Below, one piece after another: positions 37,493 through 51,511 of a DNA stretch of 64,000 nucleotides. The stretch lies in NCBI RefSeq assembly GCF_009914755.1, contig NC_060927.1. One strand, 5' to 3'. The stretch comes from the human T2T-CHM13v2.0 reference genome, Homo sapiens. Both the position numbers and the translations under genes were made by a program. The notes below the pieces were generated by a model, which saw only the letters and a program-made list of their open reading frames with translations, made no database searches and was not told the origin of the DNA. Each line of letters starts with the position of its first letter. Position 1 is the first letter of the stretch.

Positions 37493-39422
37493 TTACACTT
37501 ATTACTAATGCTCAGTTTTAGCATTGTAAACAAAGGAATAAGAGTCTGGGGTAGAGTAGAGGACCACATCATAGAAAGAATAGTATTTCTTTGGGATAAA
37601 ACCAACCAGTTAAAGGGCTTCCCAGGAATTAGTGTTTTCAGTAGAAGGCTAGTTTTCATAAAAGCAGGAGCATTCATCAAGGAAGCATTCAGATAAAATA
37701 CTCTGTATAAAGAACATTTTGCTAATGTTGATCTGGCCATTCCCAAAAGGACAATGGAAATATTTAAAAAGATGGAGAGATGTTAACAAAATGTGGCATA
37801 TAGACAAGCTTATAAGAATAAGAATTCAAGACATGAAAAGTGACTGAAGTCTTGATGCTCCTGTGTAGTGCCTGGATATATAGGGATAAATAACTTAATG
37901 TGATTCATATTAGACAACTCAAGGAAGATAGTGCTAATGCTATTTACAATATTAGAAAATGGGAAGAGTAGGTATCTGAGTTTTCTGACAATTAAGGCAA
38001 AAAGGTTGACTTTTGCGAAGGTGAGCATTAGAGTTTATGAGCTGCCTTTGACTAGATACAGTGTCATAAATATTGAGTAGAACATCTAGGTAGCTATATT
38101 GTTTGATTCAGTACATATGACTTGATTTTTACTTTTGTTGGAGCAAAATAACTTAAAGGTTCATAAGTCTCTCCATTAACCACTGACTATAGAATTGGCA
38201 ATGCCCAGGGAAGCTTGGTGTAATTCTGGGAATACAGGACATAATTGATTTCTGCTGAAAAATATTCAGGACATCATATTAGGTAGTATACAGATAAGAT
38301 CATTTTATCAACATATCTAAAGATAAAATTTTATTAAAAAATTGTATTAGTGGGGCTAATTGTTAATGTTTCAAGCTCTAGTTTATTGTGGCATATTATC
38401 TTTGAACTAACTCTCATCCAGTATAGGTAATAGCTACACATTTAGATCTCAAAAGGCATGCAAAATGAATTATATATATATAATATATAACTTTATACCC
38501 AATAGCAGGAGAATATACATTCTTCTCAAGTGCTAATGGAGCATTCTCCAGACTAGACCACAGGTTCATTGATAACACATAACAAATCTAATAAGATTAA
38601 AATCATACCAAATTATCTTCACTGACCACAATGGAATGAAACACCAAATAATAGCAGAAGGAAAAATGCAAAATTCACAAACACATGGAAATTATACAAA
38701 ACAGTCTTGAATAACAAATGAGTCATACAATAAACTCAAAGTAAATTGCAAAATATCTTGAGGAAAGTTAAAATGAAAATACAACATGCCAACACTTTGG
38801 GATGCAGAAAATGTCATAAAATGAGGGAAGTTTATAAGTCTTTAGGTTGTTCTATATATTAGATCAAATCATCTGCAAACATGGACAATTTTACTTCTTT
38901 TCATTTTGCATGCCTTTTATTTATTTGCCTTGCCTAATTGTTCCATCCATAATTTGCAGTACTGTGTTGAATAAGAGTGGTGAGGGTGGCCATCCTTATT
39001 TTGTTCTAGGGTTCTTAGAGAAGAAGTTTCAGCTTTTCCCCATTAAGTGTGATATTAGCTATGGGTTTGTCATGTATGGCCTTTATTGAAGGGACATTGA
39101 ATTTTATCAACTGCTTTCACTGTATCTACTGTGATGATCACAAAGATTTTGTTCTTCATTCTGTTGATATGATGTATCATGTTTATTGATTTGCATGTGT
39201 TAAGCCCTGCTTGCATTCCTGGGATAAATTCTAGTTGATCATGGTATACTATTTTTCTTACATGCTATTGGATTTGGATTGCTAGTGGTTTTTTGAGGAA
39301 TTTTGTGTCTATGTTCAATAGGATATTGGCCTGCAGTTTTCGTTTTAAAATATTCAAAATGATTAACAATTCAGTAAACTTACAGGATACAAAATCAACA
39401 AACAAAAATTAGTAGCATTTCT

Positions 39423-40369
<947 letters not shown>

Positions 40370-40493
40370 TTAGTAGCATTTCTAAGCTTATAAAAATATA
40401 AGCTTAAAAATAAATCAATAAGGCAATCTCATTTACAACAGCCACACACTCAAAAAACCTAGGGATGAATTTAACCAAGGTGGCAAAATGCCT

Positions 40494-41079
40494 TGTGATG
40501 GTTAATATTAGGTGTCAATTTGATTGAATTGAAGGATGCTAGATGGCTGGTAAAGTATTGTTTCTGGGTGTGTCTGTGAGGGTGTTGCCAGAAGAGATTG
40601 ACATTTGAGTTGGTAAACTGGGAGAGGCAGACCCACCCTCAACGTGGATAGACACCATTGAATTGGCTACCAGCGAGGCTAGAACAAAGCAGAAGCAAAA
40701 AGGTGGGAGAACTTTGCTTGCTGGGTCTTCTGGCTGCCTTCTTTTTCTCATGCTGGATGCTTCTTCTCACTCCTCCTGCCCTTGGACATCAGACATCAGG
40801 TTCTTTGACATCTGGACTCTGGGGCTTACATCACTGTATTGCCAAGGACTCTCATGCTTTTGGCCACTGAGTGAAGCCTGCACTCTTTTAGCTTCCCTGA
40901 TTTTAAGGCTTTCAGACTCAGACTGAGCCACTACCAAATTCTCTATTCCTCAGCTTTCAGAGGGCCTATTGTGGGACTTTGCATTGTGATCTTGTGAGCC
41001 AATTTTCTCTGAGAAACTCCCTTTTATATATCCATATATTCTATTAGTTCTGTCTCTCTGGAGAACTCAGACTAATACA
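40494..41079 (+). mobile_element. MLT2A2-like LTR (HERVL 5' LTR)
   Basis: tgtgatggttaatattaggtgtcaatttgattgaattgaaggatgc ... ctattagttctgtctctctggagaactcagactaataca. Confidence 0.88.
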
Positions 41080-41617
41080 GATATTGGTCCTAAGAGTGTT
41101 TCTAGAAGAACAGAAGTTTAAGGATAGATTTCTTCAGTCAGTTTTGGGGTTTCTGGAATTGGCTCATTAATATGATTAGACCTAAAAATGCTAAGGACTT
41201 TACTTCTAACACTATGGAAAACACTGATAGTCCCTTGACATGAATAGTTTAGAGAGTTGTGCAAAATAAATTAATCTGATACTCCTGAGTCACTGCCCCT
41301 AAGAGGCAAAGGGTTTATTGACTCTATACATGATACACTTGACCATTTGTGGAGAACCAAAAAATATAATGAAGTTGGTTGGATGCTTCTAAATTCTCTG
41401 GAAAAGTGATGAAAGAAAACGATGGCCTCTGGGATTCTATCTCCTCACTCCAGAAGCACATAATTAGCATGACATCTTTTAGTACTAATTAAAATCTTTT
41501 AAAATTTCTAAAATTGCTCTGGGTAAGAGTTTTATCTTTTGTAGTTTTATTTTCTGAAATTGCAGAAAATCAGACACACGCCCTTATCATGCCAGTGGCT
41601 GACCTGCCAGGAAAGGT
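41080..41617 (+). mobile_element. HERVL internal 5' part (leader/gag), truncated
   Basis: gatattggtcctaagagtg PBS-like start; tgattagacctaaaaatgctaaggac; gcagaaaatcagacac; ends at gctgacctgccaggaaaggt. Confidence 0.8.
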
Positions 41618-41737
41618 ACTTATTTTATTACTGCTTTTTCACATTGCTAATATATATATTTTATGTAGATATGTTAGATTTTATATATATATGTTAGATT
41701 TTTCACACTGCTAATATATATATTTTATATATATATA

Positions 41738-44700
41738 TGTTAGATTCATTTGGTCTAAAGTGTTGTTCAAGTCTTCTGTTATCCATCTTTTGTCTGGATG
41801 TTCCATTTATTATTAAAATTGATATATTGAAATCTCATTACTGCATTGCTATTTGTATTATCAGTTCTGTCAATGTTTGCTTCATATATTTAGCTGCTGT
41901 GATATTAGATTACTATATAATTGTTTCATCTTCTTGTGAATGGACTCTTTAATCATTATATAATGTCTTTCTGCTCTTGTAAATATTTTTGGCTTAAAGT
42001 AAATTTTGTCTAATATAAATATAGCCACTGCTACTCTCTGTTGGTGCCATTTGTATGCTATATTGCTTTTTTCCTTCCATTTTCAGCCTGTTTGTCATTA
42101 AGTATAAAATGAGTTTCTTATAGAAAACATAGTCAGAGCTTTCCTTTTAGTCTATTCAGCCACTCATTGTCTTTTGTTGATAAGCTAATCAATTTATATT
42201 TAAGTTAATTACTCAGAAAAGGTCTTATCTTTGCTTTTTTTAATTGACACATTGTAACTGTACATATATATATATAAGGTAAAATGGTATGTTTTAATTC
42301 ATATATCTTTTGTGTATGGATGAAATCAGGGTATTTTTCATGTTTTAACCTCATGAATTTACTATTTCTTGGTAGTAAGAATATTCAAAAGCTTCTCTTC
42401 TACCAATTTTGTAATACACAGTATTATCTTACTGTTAATCATCGTCATCCTACGGTGCACTAAAACACTAGAACTTATTTCTCCTATCTAAAATGTCACT
42501 CTGTACCTGTTGACCAACATCTCCCCATCCTTTCCTCCTTCACTGCCTCACAAGTCTCCGGTAACTACTGTTCAACTCTTTGCTTCCATATCAACTCTTT
42601 TTTTTTTTTTGGATTCCACATATGAGTGAAGTCATGCATTTGGGGTCTTCTGTGGGTTTTGGAATATTTTCTATATTTCTGTGAAGAATGTCATTGGTAT
42701 TTTGACAGGGATTTTATTAAATCTGTAGATTGCTTTCGTTAGTATGACCATTTTAATAATAATCATTATTTCAATTCATGAACACAGGGTATCTCTCAAT
42801 TTGCTTGTGTCTTCTTTAATGTCTTTCATCATTGCTTTACAGATTTTAGTACACACATCTTTTATCTCTTTTGTTATGTTTATTTCAGGCATCTTATTTT
42901 TGTAGCTATTGTAAATGAAATTATTTTATTGATTTACTTTTCAGATAATTTGTTATCAAAATATAGAAATACTACTGGTCTTTTCTATGTTGTTATTGTA
43001 TCATGTGACTTTACTGAATTCATTTGCTTATTCTAACAATTCTTTGATGAAGGCTTTAGGGTTTACTGTATATAAGACCATGCCACCTGCAAACAGAGAC
43101 AACTTATTCCTTTTCAGTTTTGACACATTTTAGTTTTTTTCTCTTGCCTTATTGCTCTGGCTAGGGCTTCCAGTAGTTTGTTCATTAGAAATGACAAGAG
43201 AAGGCATGTCTTTTTCCTGATCTATGTGGAAAAGCCTTCAACTTTACCACTGATTGCGATGCTGCCTATGGGTTTGTCACGTATGGCCTTTATTGTGTTG
43301 AACTACATTCTCTGTATACATAGTTTGGTAAGGACTTTTGTTATAAAAGGATGTTGTTTTTTTTTTAATTTTTGTGCATCTATTGAGGTGGTTATATAAA
43401 TTTTTGTTCTTTATTCTTTTTTGTGTTGTAGTAAATTTATAGATTTGCATATGTTGAACTCTACTTGCATCCCTGGGAAAAATCCCACTTGATCATGGTG
43501 AATGGTACTTTTAATATGCTATTCAATGCATTTTGCTAATATTTGATTGAGGATTTTTTCATGTATGTTCATGAGGCATATTGGCCAGTAATTTTTTTTC
43601 TTATAGTATCCTCATCTGTCTTTGGTATCGGGAAAATTCTGACCTCATAAAGTGAATTTGGAAGTATTCCTTCTTTTTCAATTTTTTGGAAGATATTCAG
43701 AAGAACTGCTATTATGTCTTTAAATGTTTGGTAGAATTTAGCAATGAAACCGTCATATTACTGATATATATAAACTGATGTAATTTATAAAGTTGTACAT
43801 ATTTTAATCTTTTCCTTATGTGTCAACACATTTATATAGCAATAGTTATTTTTATACTTTTATTGTTAACTTCTATAATGAAATAATATTGATTTATTAT
43901 TATTATATTCTTTATTTGTCAATATAGCTACCTTTACCAATGAGCTTTATAGGTTGAAATATTTTTATGTTGCTATTTGGTGTCTTTTCATTTCAACTTT
44001 AAGTATCCTTTAAGAATTTCTTATACAGTGATATAGTTTGGATATGTGTCCCCAATAAATCCCACGTTGAATTGTAATTCCCATTGTTGGAGGTTGCACC
44101 TTGTGGGAGGTGACTGGATCATGGGGGTTGATCTCTCATGTGTTGGTTCTGTCTTCATGATAGTGAGTTCTCACAAAATCTGGTTGTTTAAAGTGAGTTG
44201 CACCTTCTCCCCTCACCTTGCTCCTTCTTTGGCCATGTTATATGCTGGCTCCCATTTTACCTTCTGCTATGAATAAAAGCTCCCTGAGACCTCCCCAGAA
44301 GCTGAGCAGATGCCAGCACCATGTTTATACCACCTAAGAACTGTGAGCCAATTACACTTTTTTTCTTTATAAATTACCTAGTCTCAGGTATTTCTGTTTA
44401 GTAGTAAAAGAATGGACTAATACATATAGCGAGTCTAGTGGTAATGAATTTCCTCAGCATCCTTCTGAAAAAGTGTTTATCTCAACTTTATTTTTGAAGG
44501 ATGGTTTTGGCAGATATATTATTGACTGCAGGTTTTATGCTTGTTATTTTTCACATTAATTGTATTATTTCAGTCAGGCCTGAAAGTCTTCTGCTGAGAA
44601 ACCCACTGGGAATCTTACAGGGACTCTCTTGCATGAACCACTTTACCATGCTGTTTTCAAAATTCTCAGTCCTTATCTTTTGACAGTTTGATTATAAGGT

Positions 44701-46225
44701 ATCATACTACGAATTTATTTTTATTTATTCCATTTGGGGTCTTTTGGGCTTCTTGAATCTGTATATATTTATTTAAATAATCTTTCTGACTCTTTCTCTT
44801 TTTATCTCTTCCCAGAAATTTCATATTGCATATGTTGGTTTGTATAATGTTGCCCCATAAGTTTATGTTTTCTTCACCCTTTTTCATTTTTTTCTCCTCT
44901 GAATGTATAATTTTGAATTCTCTGTCTTTGAATTTCTGATTCTTCCCTCTGTTTTGGCAAATCTATTGTTGAATTCCTTTAGCAAATTTTTCCGTTCAGT
45001 TAGTGTATTTTACAGCTCCAAACTTTATTTTTTATATATTTGCTACTTCTTTGTTAAAATGCTTATTTTTTTTTCTCATGAGACATTTATCTGAGCATGT
45101 TAAGTGTCTTTATGAATGTAATTTAGAGTTCTCTGTCAGGTAAATCATATACCTGTTTCTTTGGAGTCAGCTTCTGGAGACATATTTTGTTCCTTTAGTT
45201 AGGTCATGTTTGCCTATTTCTGTATGTTCTTTCAAATTTTGTGTTGAATTAATGCAATTGAGAAGACAGCTACCCCTCCAAGTCTTTAGGGACTAACTTA
45301 CAGAGAAAAAGACTTTTACCAATCAACTGGGCTAGAAGATCTGGGACCTATCAAATCTTTTCTGTGTATATGGTTTCTCTAGTAGTGCATGGAAAGTCCT
45401 AATTAGTTTAATTTGCTGTTTTTATTTTTGAGAACATTGTAATCTTCCACTCCTTGTGGGGTCTTTCTGGGGCTCTGCAAGCTCTCTGGTGCTGTGGCAA
45501 GCTGACTCAATGTTTTCTTTTCCCAGTGGCCACCAGGCAGTTCCTCATCACTGCCCCAATCAGGCTAAATAAATATGATTCCCTTGGGAAGACCTCCCAT
45601 AACCCAGATCTCCAGAAACACACTCTACTTCTCTGTTTCTCTTTCTGTCAATCTAAATGAAGGATGAGGCAAGACAAATCAATCCCTCAGATCACTCTTT
45701 GTAAAGCCAGGATGTTGGAAGCATACTCACTACTTTTATTCCCTCCCAGGGGAGAAGTTTCAAGTTGTACATCCTCAGTTGCACAAAGCTATGTTGGCAA
45801 CTGTAAGCCACCTGCCTTTTTCTGTTTTCCTCAGCATCCTGCCAGGTCTCCAATTTGTTCCAGTTTCATCAGTACTGTGAATAAGGAGTGAGGAGATACC
45901 AAAACAAGTCCTTTAGGTAGAGCTTTGAAAAGTAGCACCATTGGACCTATGTTCTAATATCTCTTTTCTTCTCAAGGAGGAAGATGCAGGCCAGGGCTAT
46001 CTCTCTTGGCACTGAGCTGTGAAGGCTAGGAAGAGGGGCTGACATGGATAAAGTAAAATTGCTCTTTCTACCCAATTCAATGTGGCTGTTTTCATCTTTG
46101 TGCTTGCCTGGGGTACTAAATTTTTTATCTGGATTATGGAAAACTCATGAAGATATTTTAGTTTTCATATTGTGGTTAAATCAGTGTTTCTATGGACTTT
46201 TTATTCTGCCATCTTGTTGACTCAC
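41738..46225 (-). mobile_element. Old L1M composite (ORF2 start, ORF1, 5'UTR) with a nested L1MA-type piece ~42236-43755 and an MST LTR
   Basis: Antisense L1 motifs (aatatagccactgctactct; ttctgtgaagaatgtcattggtattttga; tctgctgagaaaccc); 5' terminus ttattctgccatcttg. Confidence 0.75.
44029..44424 (+). mobile_element. MSTA-like solo LTR
   Basis: tgatatagtttggatatgtgtcccc ... ccccagaagctgagcagatgccagcaccatg ... ggactaataca; TSD tacag/tatag. Confidence 0.88.
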
Positions 46226-47861
46226 ATAATATTTTCTTAGTCTTTTTCATCTATTAAATAAAGTTGGAAGTGACTTTCAGAAAGCTTTTTTTTATTCATA
46301 GTCCATTTTTGCTTTTATTCTCTATGATACTGTAACACCTGCAATACACTTCTATTGTAGCCACAGTAACACAATTTATCTTCTAAATTGTGGCACTTTG
46401 GAGAGTAAAAACAGATGCTTATTGTGAATGTCCAGAATGCAATTTTTATTTATCACATTTACTTAATAATGGTATCTAATTCTAATCATTCTTGTCTTTT
46501 GAAAATGATGATAATGTTTTTATTTTAAAAAGTGAGCATCACTATAGGGTAGCCTTAAATTGAGCTCTCAAGATCTTATTCACTATCCACAGGAGGCCAA
46601 GAGCTTGGTATCAAACACCTGTAGACCATTTGGTATTGAAAAGAGTTGCAAAGGCTACAGTGAGGGTAAATTAATAAAAGCTATATTTTATATGCATAAT
46701 TTATTACTATTTTTCTACGGTTTAAAATAATTATTTAAACAAGTTGTCATAAAGACATGAATAAGTAATGAGATACATTTATAGCTCTGAAAACAGAAAA
46801 CCATTTTATGAGATTACCTTTACAATCTTGGGAAAGTTTCCCATTCCCAAATCATACTAGATTTCCTTAATGTGACATTTGTACTTAAAAGCCTGTTTAA
46901 CTAGGTTAGGGAAAGGATTGTGAAAGTTCTTAGCATGGTATCTTAAACAAAGTAGGCCTTCAATTAATATTGGCAACGCTTCCTTTCCTTGTGGTACCAA
47001 TGTCATATAAAACTTAAGAAAGGTCATAAAATGTACTTTTTGTTTTCTGACAAAACAGAAAACAGTTAATCTTTGCTTTGAAAACTATAAATTAGAAGAC
47101 AAATGCATGGACTTAGCTATAAATGAACCTTTATAGAAAAGATCACTGGTTGCAATTAACAAGGGATGATAACCAAACTTACTCTTATCTGTTACAGAGA
47201 TGGTCATTCTTTAATACGTGTCTTAAAAAAAACCCAGCAAAGATAAGCCTTTAAACCTTATCTGTGCTATTAAACTGCAGATATTTTTTTTTCTCTAGGT
47301 ACTTTAGAGACTATTTCCTGTCCTTCTCATTATTTAATCAGCTTAATACAGGTGACTTCCAAATTAACTGTGGTCTAAAATTCTAAGATTAGAAACTTTG
47401 TGTCATGTACTTTATAATAAAATAGAAACTAATGGCAAAATTAAAATACATATATTTGGGGAAATAATTCTCAGGAACATTAAATAATGTAAAAATAACT
47501 ATGAATAAGGCAAATGTAACTATAATATCTCTGAGGAATGAATAAAAGGAAACAAATGGCTTCACTAAACAAAGTACCAATGATTTGTCATAGACATGGT
47601 AGATACATGGTACATATTTTCCAGTATAAACTTTATTTCATACAATGGAAATATAATTAAAAGTAAAACATAAGTGATTTAATGATGCTTTACTTTTGCA
47701 TTTATAAAGCTTTTGAGTAAATAAATTTTGTCAGCACATTTATATAACTTTTTGGTTCACAAAATACCGTTATAAAAAATGTGGTAATGCCTATGGTCTT
47801 AATTTTCTTGCTCTTACAACTTAATCTTTCTTTATTGCCATTCATAGTTTATACTTAGCCA

Positions 47862-47960
47862 GTTTTTTCCCAGCTTTATTGAGGTAGAATTGATAAATAA
47901 AAATTGTATATATTCAAGGTGTACAACATGATGTTTTGATAAATGAATAAACTGTGGAAT
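47862..47960 (-). mobile_element. Short L1MA-type 3' end
   Basis: cagctttattgaggtagaattgataaataaaaattgtatatattcaaggtgtacaacatgatgttttgata. Confidence 0.75.
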
Positions 47961-48079
47961 GCAGTATAATAGATACTTTATGTTTAAGGGAAAATATTTA
48001 ACTACTTATTTCAAATTTCTGCTTGGAAAAATTTAATATGTCTAGCTTTTTCTATATAAATATAGCCTCTACTCAACTT

Positions 48080-48950
48080 TTAGGTGTTTCCCACTTCCGT
48101 GAATGAAGTGAGTATCATTACCAATTATCCAGGTGGCCCATGGTGAGAATCTAGGAATCATTCTTGATTCCTACCTTTTTCATATTCTCCTTTGTTAATC
48201 CATACACAAGGCCTGTTTATTCTTTCTCCACTGTTAAAATCTTGATCTGGGCCACTATCATTGTTAGCTGGACTAGAAACAGCATTCTAACTAGTTTCTT
48301 TCTTTCTTTTTTTTTTTCCTCCTTCAGTTCATTGTACGTGTATCAGCAAGATAAACCTTCAAATATAAATTAGATGATGTAATTTACACACTTAAAATTC
48401 TTCAATAGCACTGTATTGCACTTAAAGTTAAAATCTAGAAATTTTTTTTTACCCTACAAGTCAAAATATAATCTGTATTTCCTAGTTATTTAATCTTATT
48501 TATATCTTCAAACTAATTTGGCACATTAAACCACAAGCACACTGATGTTCTCTCAGTTTCTTAAACATGTCAAACTCCAAATAATTTCTTATTTCATGGC
48601 TCCTTTATATACTGTTCCTTCTGCCTGGAATGCTCTTTCGCTCATTGTTTGCATCATTAGCTTGTCTCTCTTTTAAGTACAATTTCTTACTAGGAATTTC
48701 TATGAAGCCTATCTATCCATAATGCAGCACACTCCTTCATTTCCTCAGGATTTTCTGTTTTCTAAATTAATTTTATAGCACAACACAATTTGATTGTATT
48801 TATTTTTTTTCTGCTTTAACTTGCCTTTTATATATCTACCTCTTTAGAATATCCATGAAGCAGAGAAGAAGGTATGTCTTATCTCTGTTTAGTATGGTGC
48901 CTGGCACATGAAAAGTTTAAAATAAACACCTATTAAATGAATACATGAAT
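48080..48950 (+). mobile_element. L2 3' part
   Basis: aatctaggaatcattcttgattcc; ctgttccttctgcctggaatgctctt; gtgcctggcacat...aaatgaatacatgaat. Confidence 0.75.
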
Positions 48951-50282
48951 TATTTTCATCAATTAGGCCTCTTATTTTTGTACTGAAAAATGTCCTTTAA
49001 AACAAAAGATAAAATTTTTAGATCCTACAAAAACATACTGCAATTCTAGCAGTTTCATGGTAATTAACTTAATCCTCCAAATTATAAAGTTTTCATATCT
49101 ATGCTTTAGTTTAAAAGGGACTAGAAAACAGAATTGAATGCTGAAAGAAGCATCTATTGAAAGCTCACTGCTTCCAGTGTTTGATAGTTCATTTATATCT
49201 ATTTCAATGTATATTCACTATAATGGGAATGCTATTATCCCCCATTTGGAAATAAAGAAAGTGAACATTTGTGTGTTTTATAAAAATTGCCAAAGTCATT
49301 ATTACTCATAAATGGCAAAAAATGGAATTTTAACATGTCTATCTGGCATCATGATTTATTACTTTTCCTGATACAATGTTGTCTACAACCACAAGAATTA
49401 CTAAGGGAATAGAAGAGATTTAGCTCTAACCTCTCTAACCCCAAACCATGTATTCTTTTCATTATAATGTAGCTACCATATGTACACTGAGTCTATGATT
49501 TGAACAAGTAACAATAATTTATATTTAAACATATATTTATCTTTTATCTTAATTTGAAAATTAACTCCAAATTATTAGAAAATGTAACAGTCATAAAGGA
49601 TTAAAGCCCTAGGGATGACAAATACAGTACAATGAAGTAATTAAAATAACATAAAATAAATGTACTAACTAAATATATCTTTCATAAAGTTGGCGATTCT
49701 AATACTGTACTACTAGAGACGGATGAAATAAGGACGTTATTTCTGTCCATGTGTTCATGAAATAAATATTTTATCAAATAAACTAAAACTAAAGGATGTG
49801 GATTTAATCACTACCATGGATACATTCATTTCTTGCTCTAATATGTAAAGGATGCATCAAGATATGCTAAGTTTATAAATTTTAGGAAATAATTATTTTC
49901 TGTAAATGGCAGTGTAATAATAGTCTCAAAAGGAAATACTTAAACTAATTTTAGACTATTAAAATATTAGTACCCATACCATTAAAGACAATCATTTGTA
50001 CATATCTGCCAAAAGCCCATTTGCAACTGAGGAAAGATCACATGTAAAAGTAAAGGCTGAAAAAGCAACAACAAGATATTATGATTGAGGCACTTTTAAA
50101 GAACTGTGGGATAATTACCATTCTGAGAAATCTTGAATAGCCTAATTGAATTCTCAAATGTTGTCTTTTATTAATGTCTATAAATAAAACTTTAGGAACA
50201 CTATCCATTAGAATAAAAGAGAAAAAATACATATATAATTTCAAAAAATGTTAAGATTTCTACTGCCAAATTTTATCTGACT

Positions 50283-50485
50283 TTGTTTTAGTAAAAATTA
50301 AAGGGGTACAAATGCGGTTTTGTTACATAAATATATTATGTAATGGTGAAGTCTGGGCTTTTAAAAGTGTAACAATCACCTGAGTAATGTATACTATGCC
50401 CATTAATTAATATCTTATTCCTTAGTCCCCTCTCATTCTCCTACCTTTCTGAGTCTCCAACATCTATTATTTCATACTCTATGTC
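50283..50485 (-). mobile_element. L1PB/L1MA-type 3' end fragment
   Basis: ggggtacaaatgcggttttgttacata...atggtgaagtctgggctttta...tctgagtctcca. Confidence 0.75.
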
Positions 50486-51511
50486 ATATTTTAATTTCTC
50501 TTAGGAAATATGTCTTCAAAGTTTATGACTTATTTTTTGGAGTACAAATTATACAATTTCTGTTCATAGGAGTTTTGTAACTTCATTAAATCATCTCCAA
50601 AACAATTTTTCTCTCTTATTTTCTGAAAAACTTCTGCATTAAAATAACTAAATATATATATCAGACTGTGAAGTTGTTTTACTTCAAACTGTTTCTAGGT
50701 GGTATAGGATGTATATTATGCTCAGAAAAGGTTCTTCCTTTCATAAAAGAAAATGTAGTGCTTCATTGGGATTACGCATATCTGCTATTTCTTATATCAG
50801 TCTCTGGGATAGAAAGAAAAATATCGAAAATGGAAAACAATAAAGTACCTTTATAGTTTTGTTTCATTTCCTTCACTGACGCTAATGTCACACAAAATGT
50901 CCAAGAATATTGTGTGTCAAAATTATTTCTATTATACACAAAAAAATTCATGGCTATTGATATTAAAACTGCATCAATGGTAAAAGCACATCATAAACAC
51001 ATGACTTGATGTTACAGCTTCAAAAAATTTTTTTGAATTAGTCACCAACATAAAAGCCTTCAACAGAAGTGCCTTAAAAATTACATGCTGCATTGCCAAG
51101 TAAAGGAAAACATTAATTGACTTTAGCTGAAAAAAACACATTTTTTAACAGCATAAATTTGTTTTGTATTGTAGAAAAGTAAAAGTCATTGAGGTGAATA
51201 ATATTAATGACATTGTTTATTTAGAAATGGATCATTTGAATAGTTTGAAGTAGTTTCAGGTACAACTATAATTGCCTTTAATGAACAACTAGATGTAACC
51301 ACTGATATTTGACATTGCAACCAGACTTGGACTTTGGCCTGTTATTAGTACGCCTAATCACATTAGAAAATCCAAATTGCACAGCTATCTATTAAAATGT
51401 TAGAGAATATTTTTGTCTTAAAAATAGTTAAATATTTTTTGCCTGGAAAAATTTCAGTGGGAAGGCAAATCTTTATATTCTCTGAAAAGGTTGAACACCT
51501 CTACTGGTTGG

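Noticed and set aside
47281-47357. Possible 53-nt exon (T-tract-TAG ... CAG|GTGACT)
   Set aside because: Weak donor and no partner exons or other evidence.
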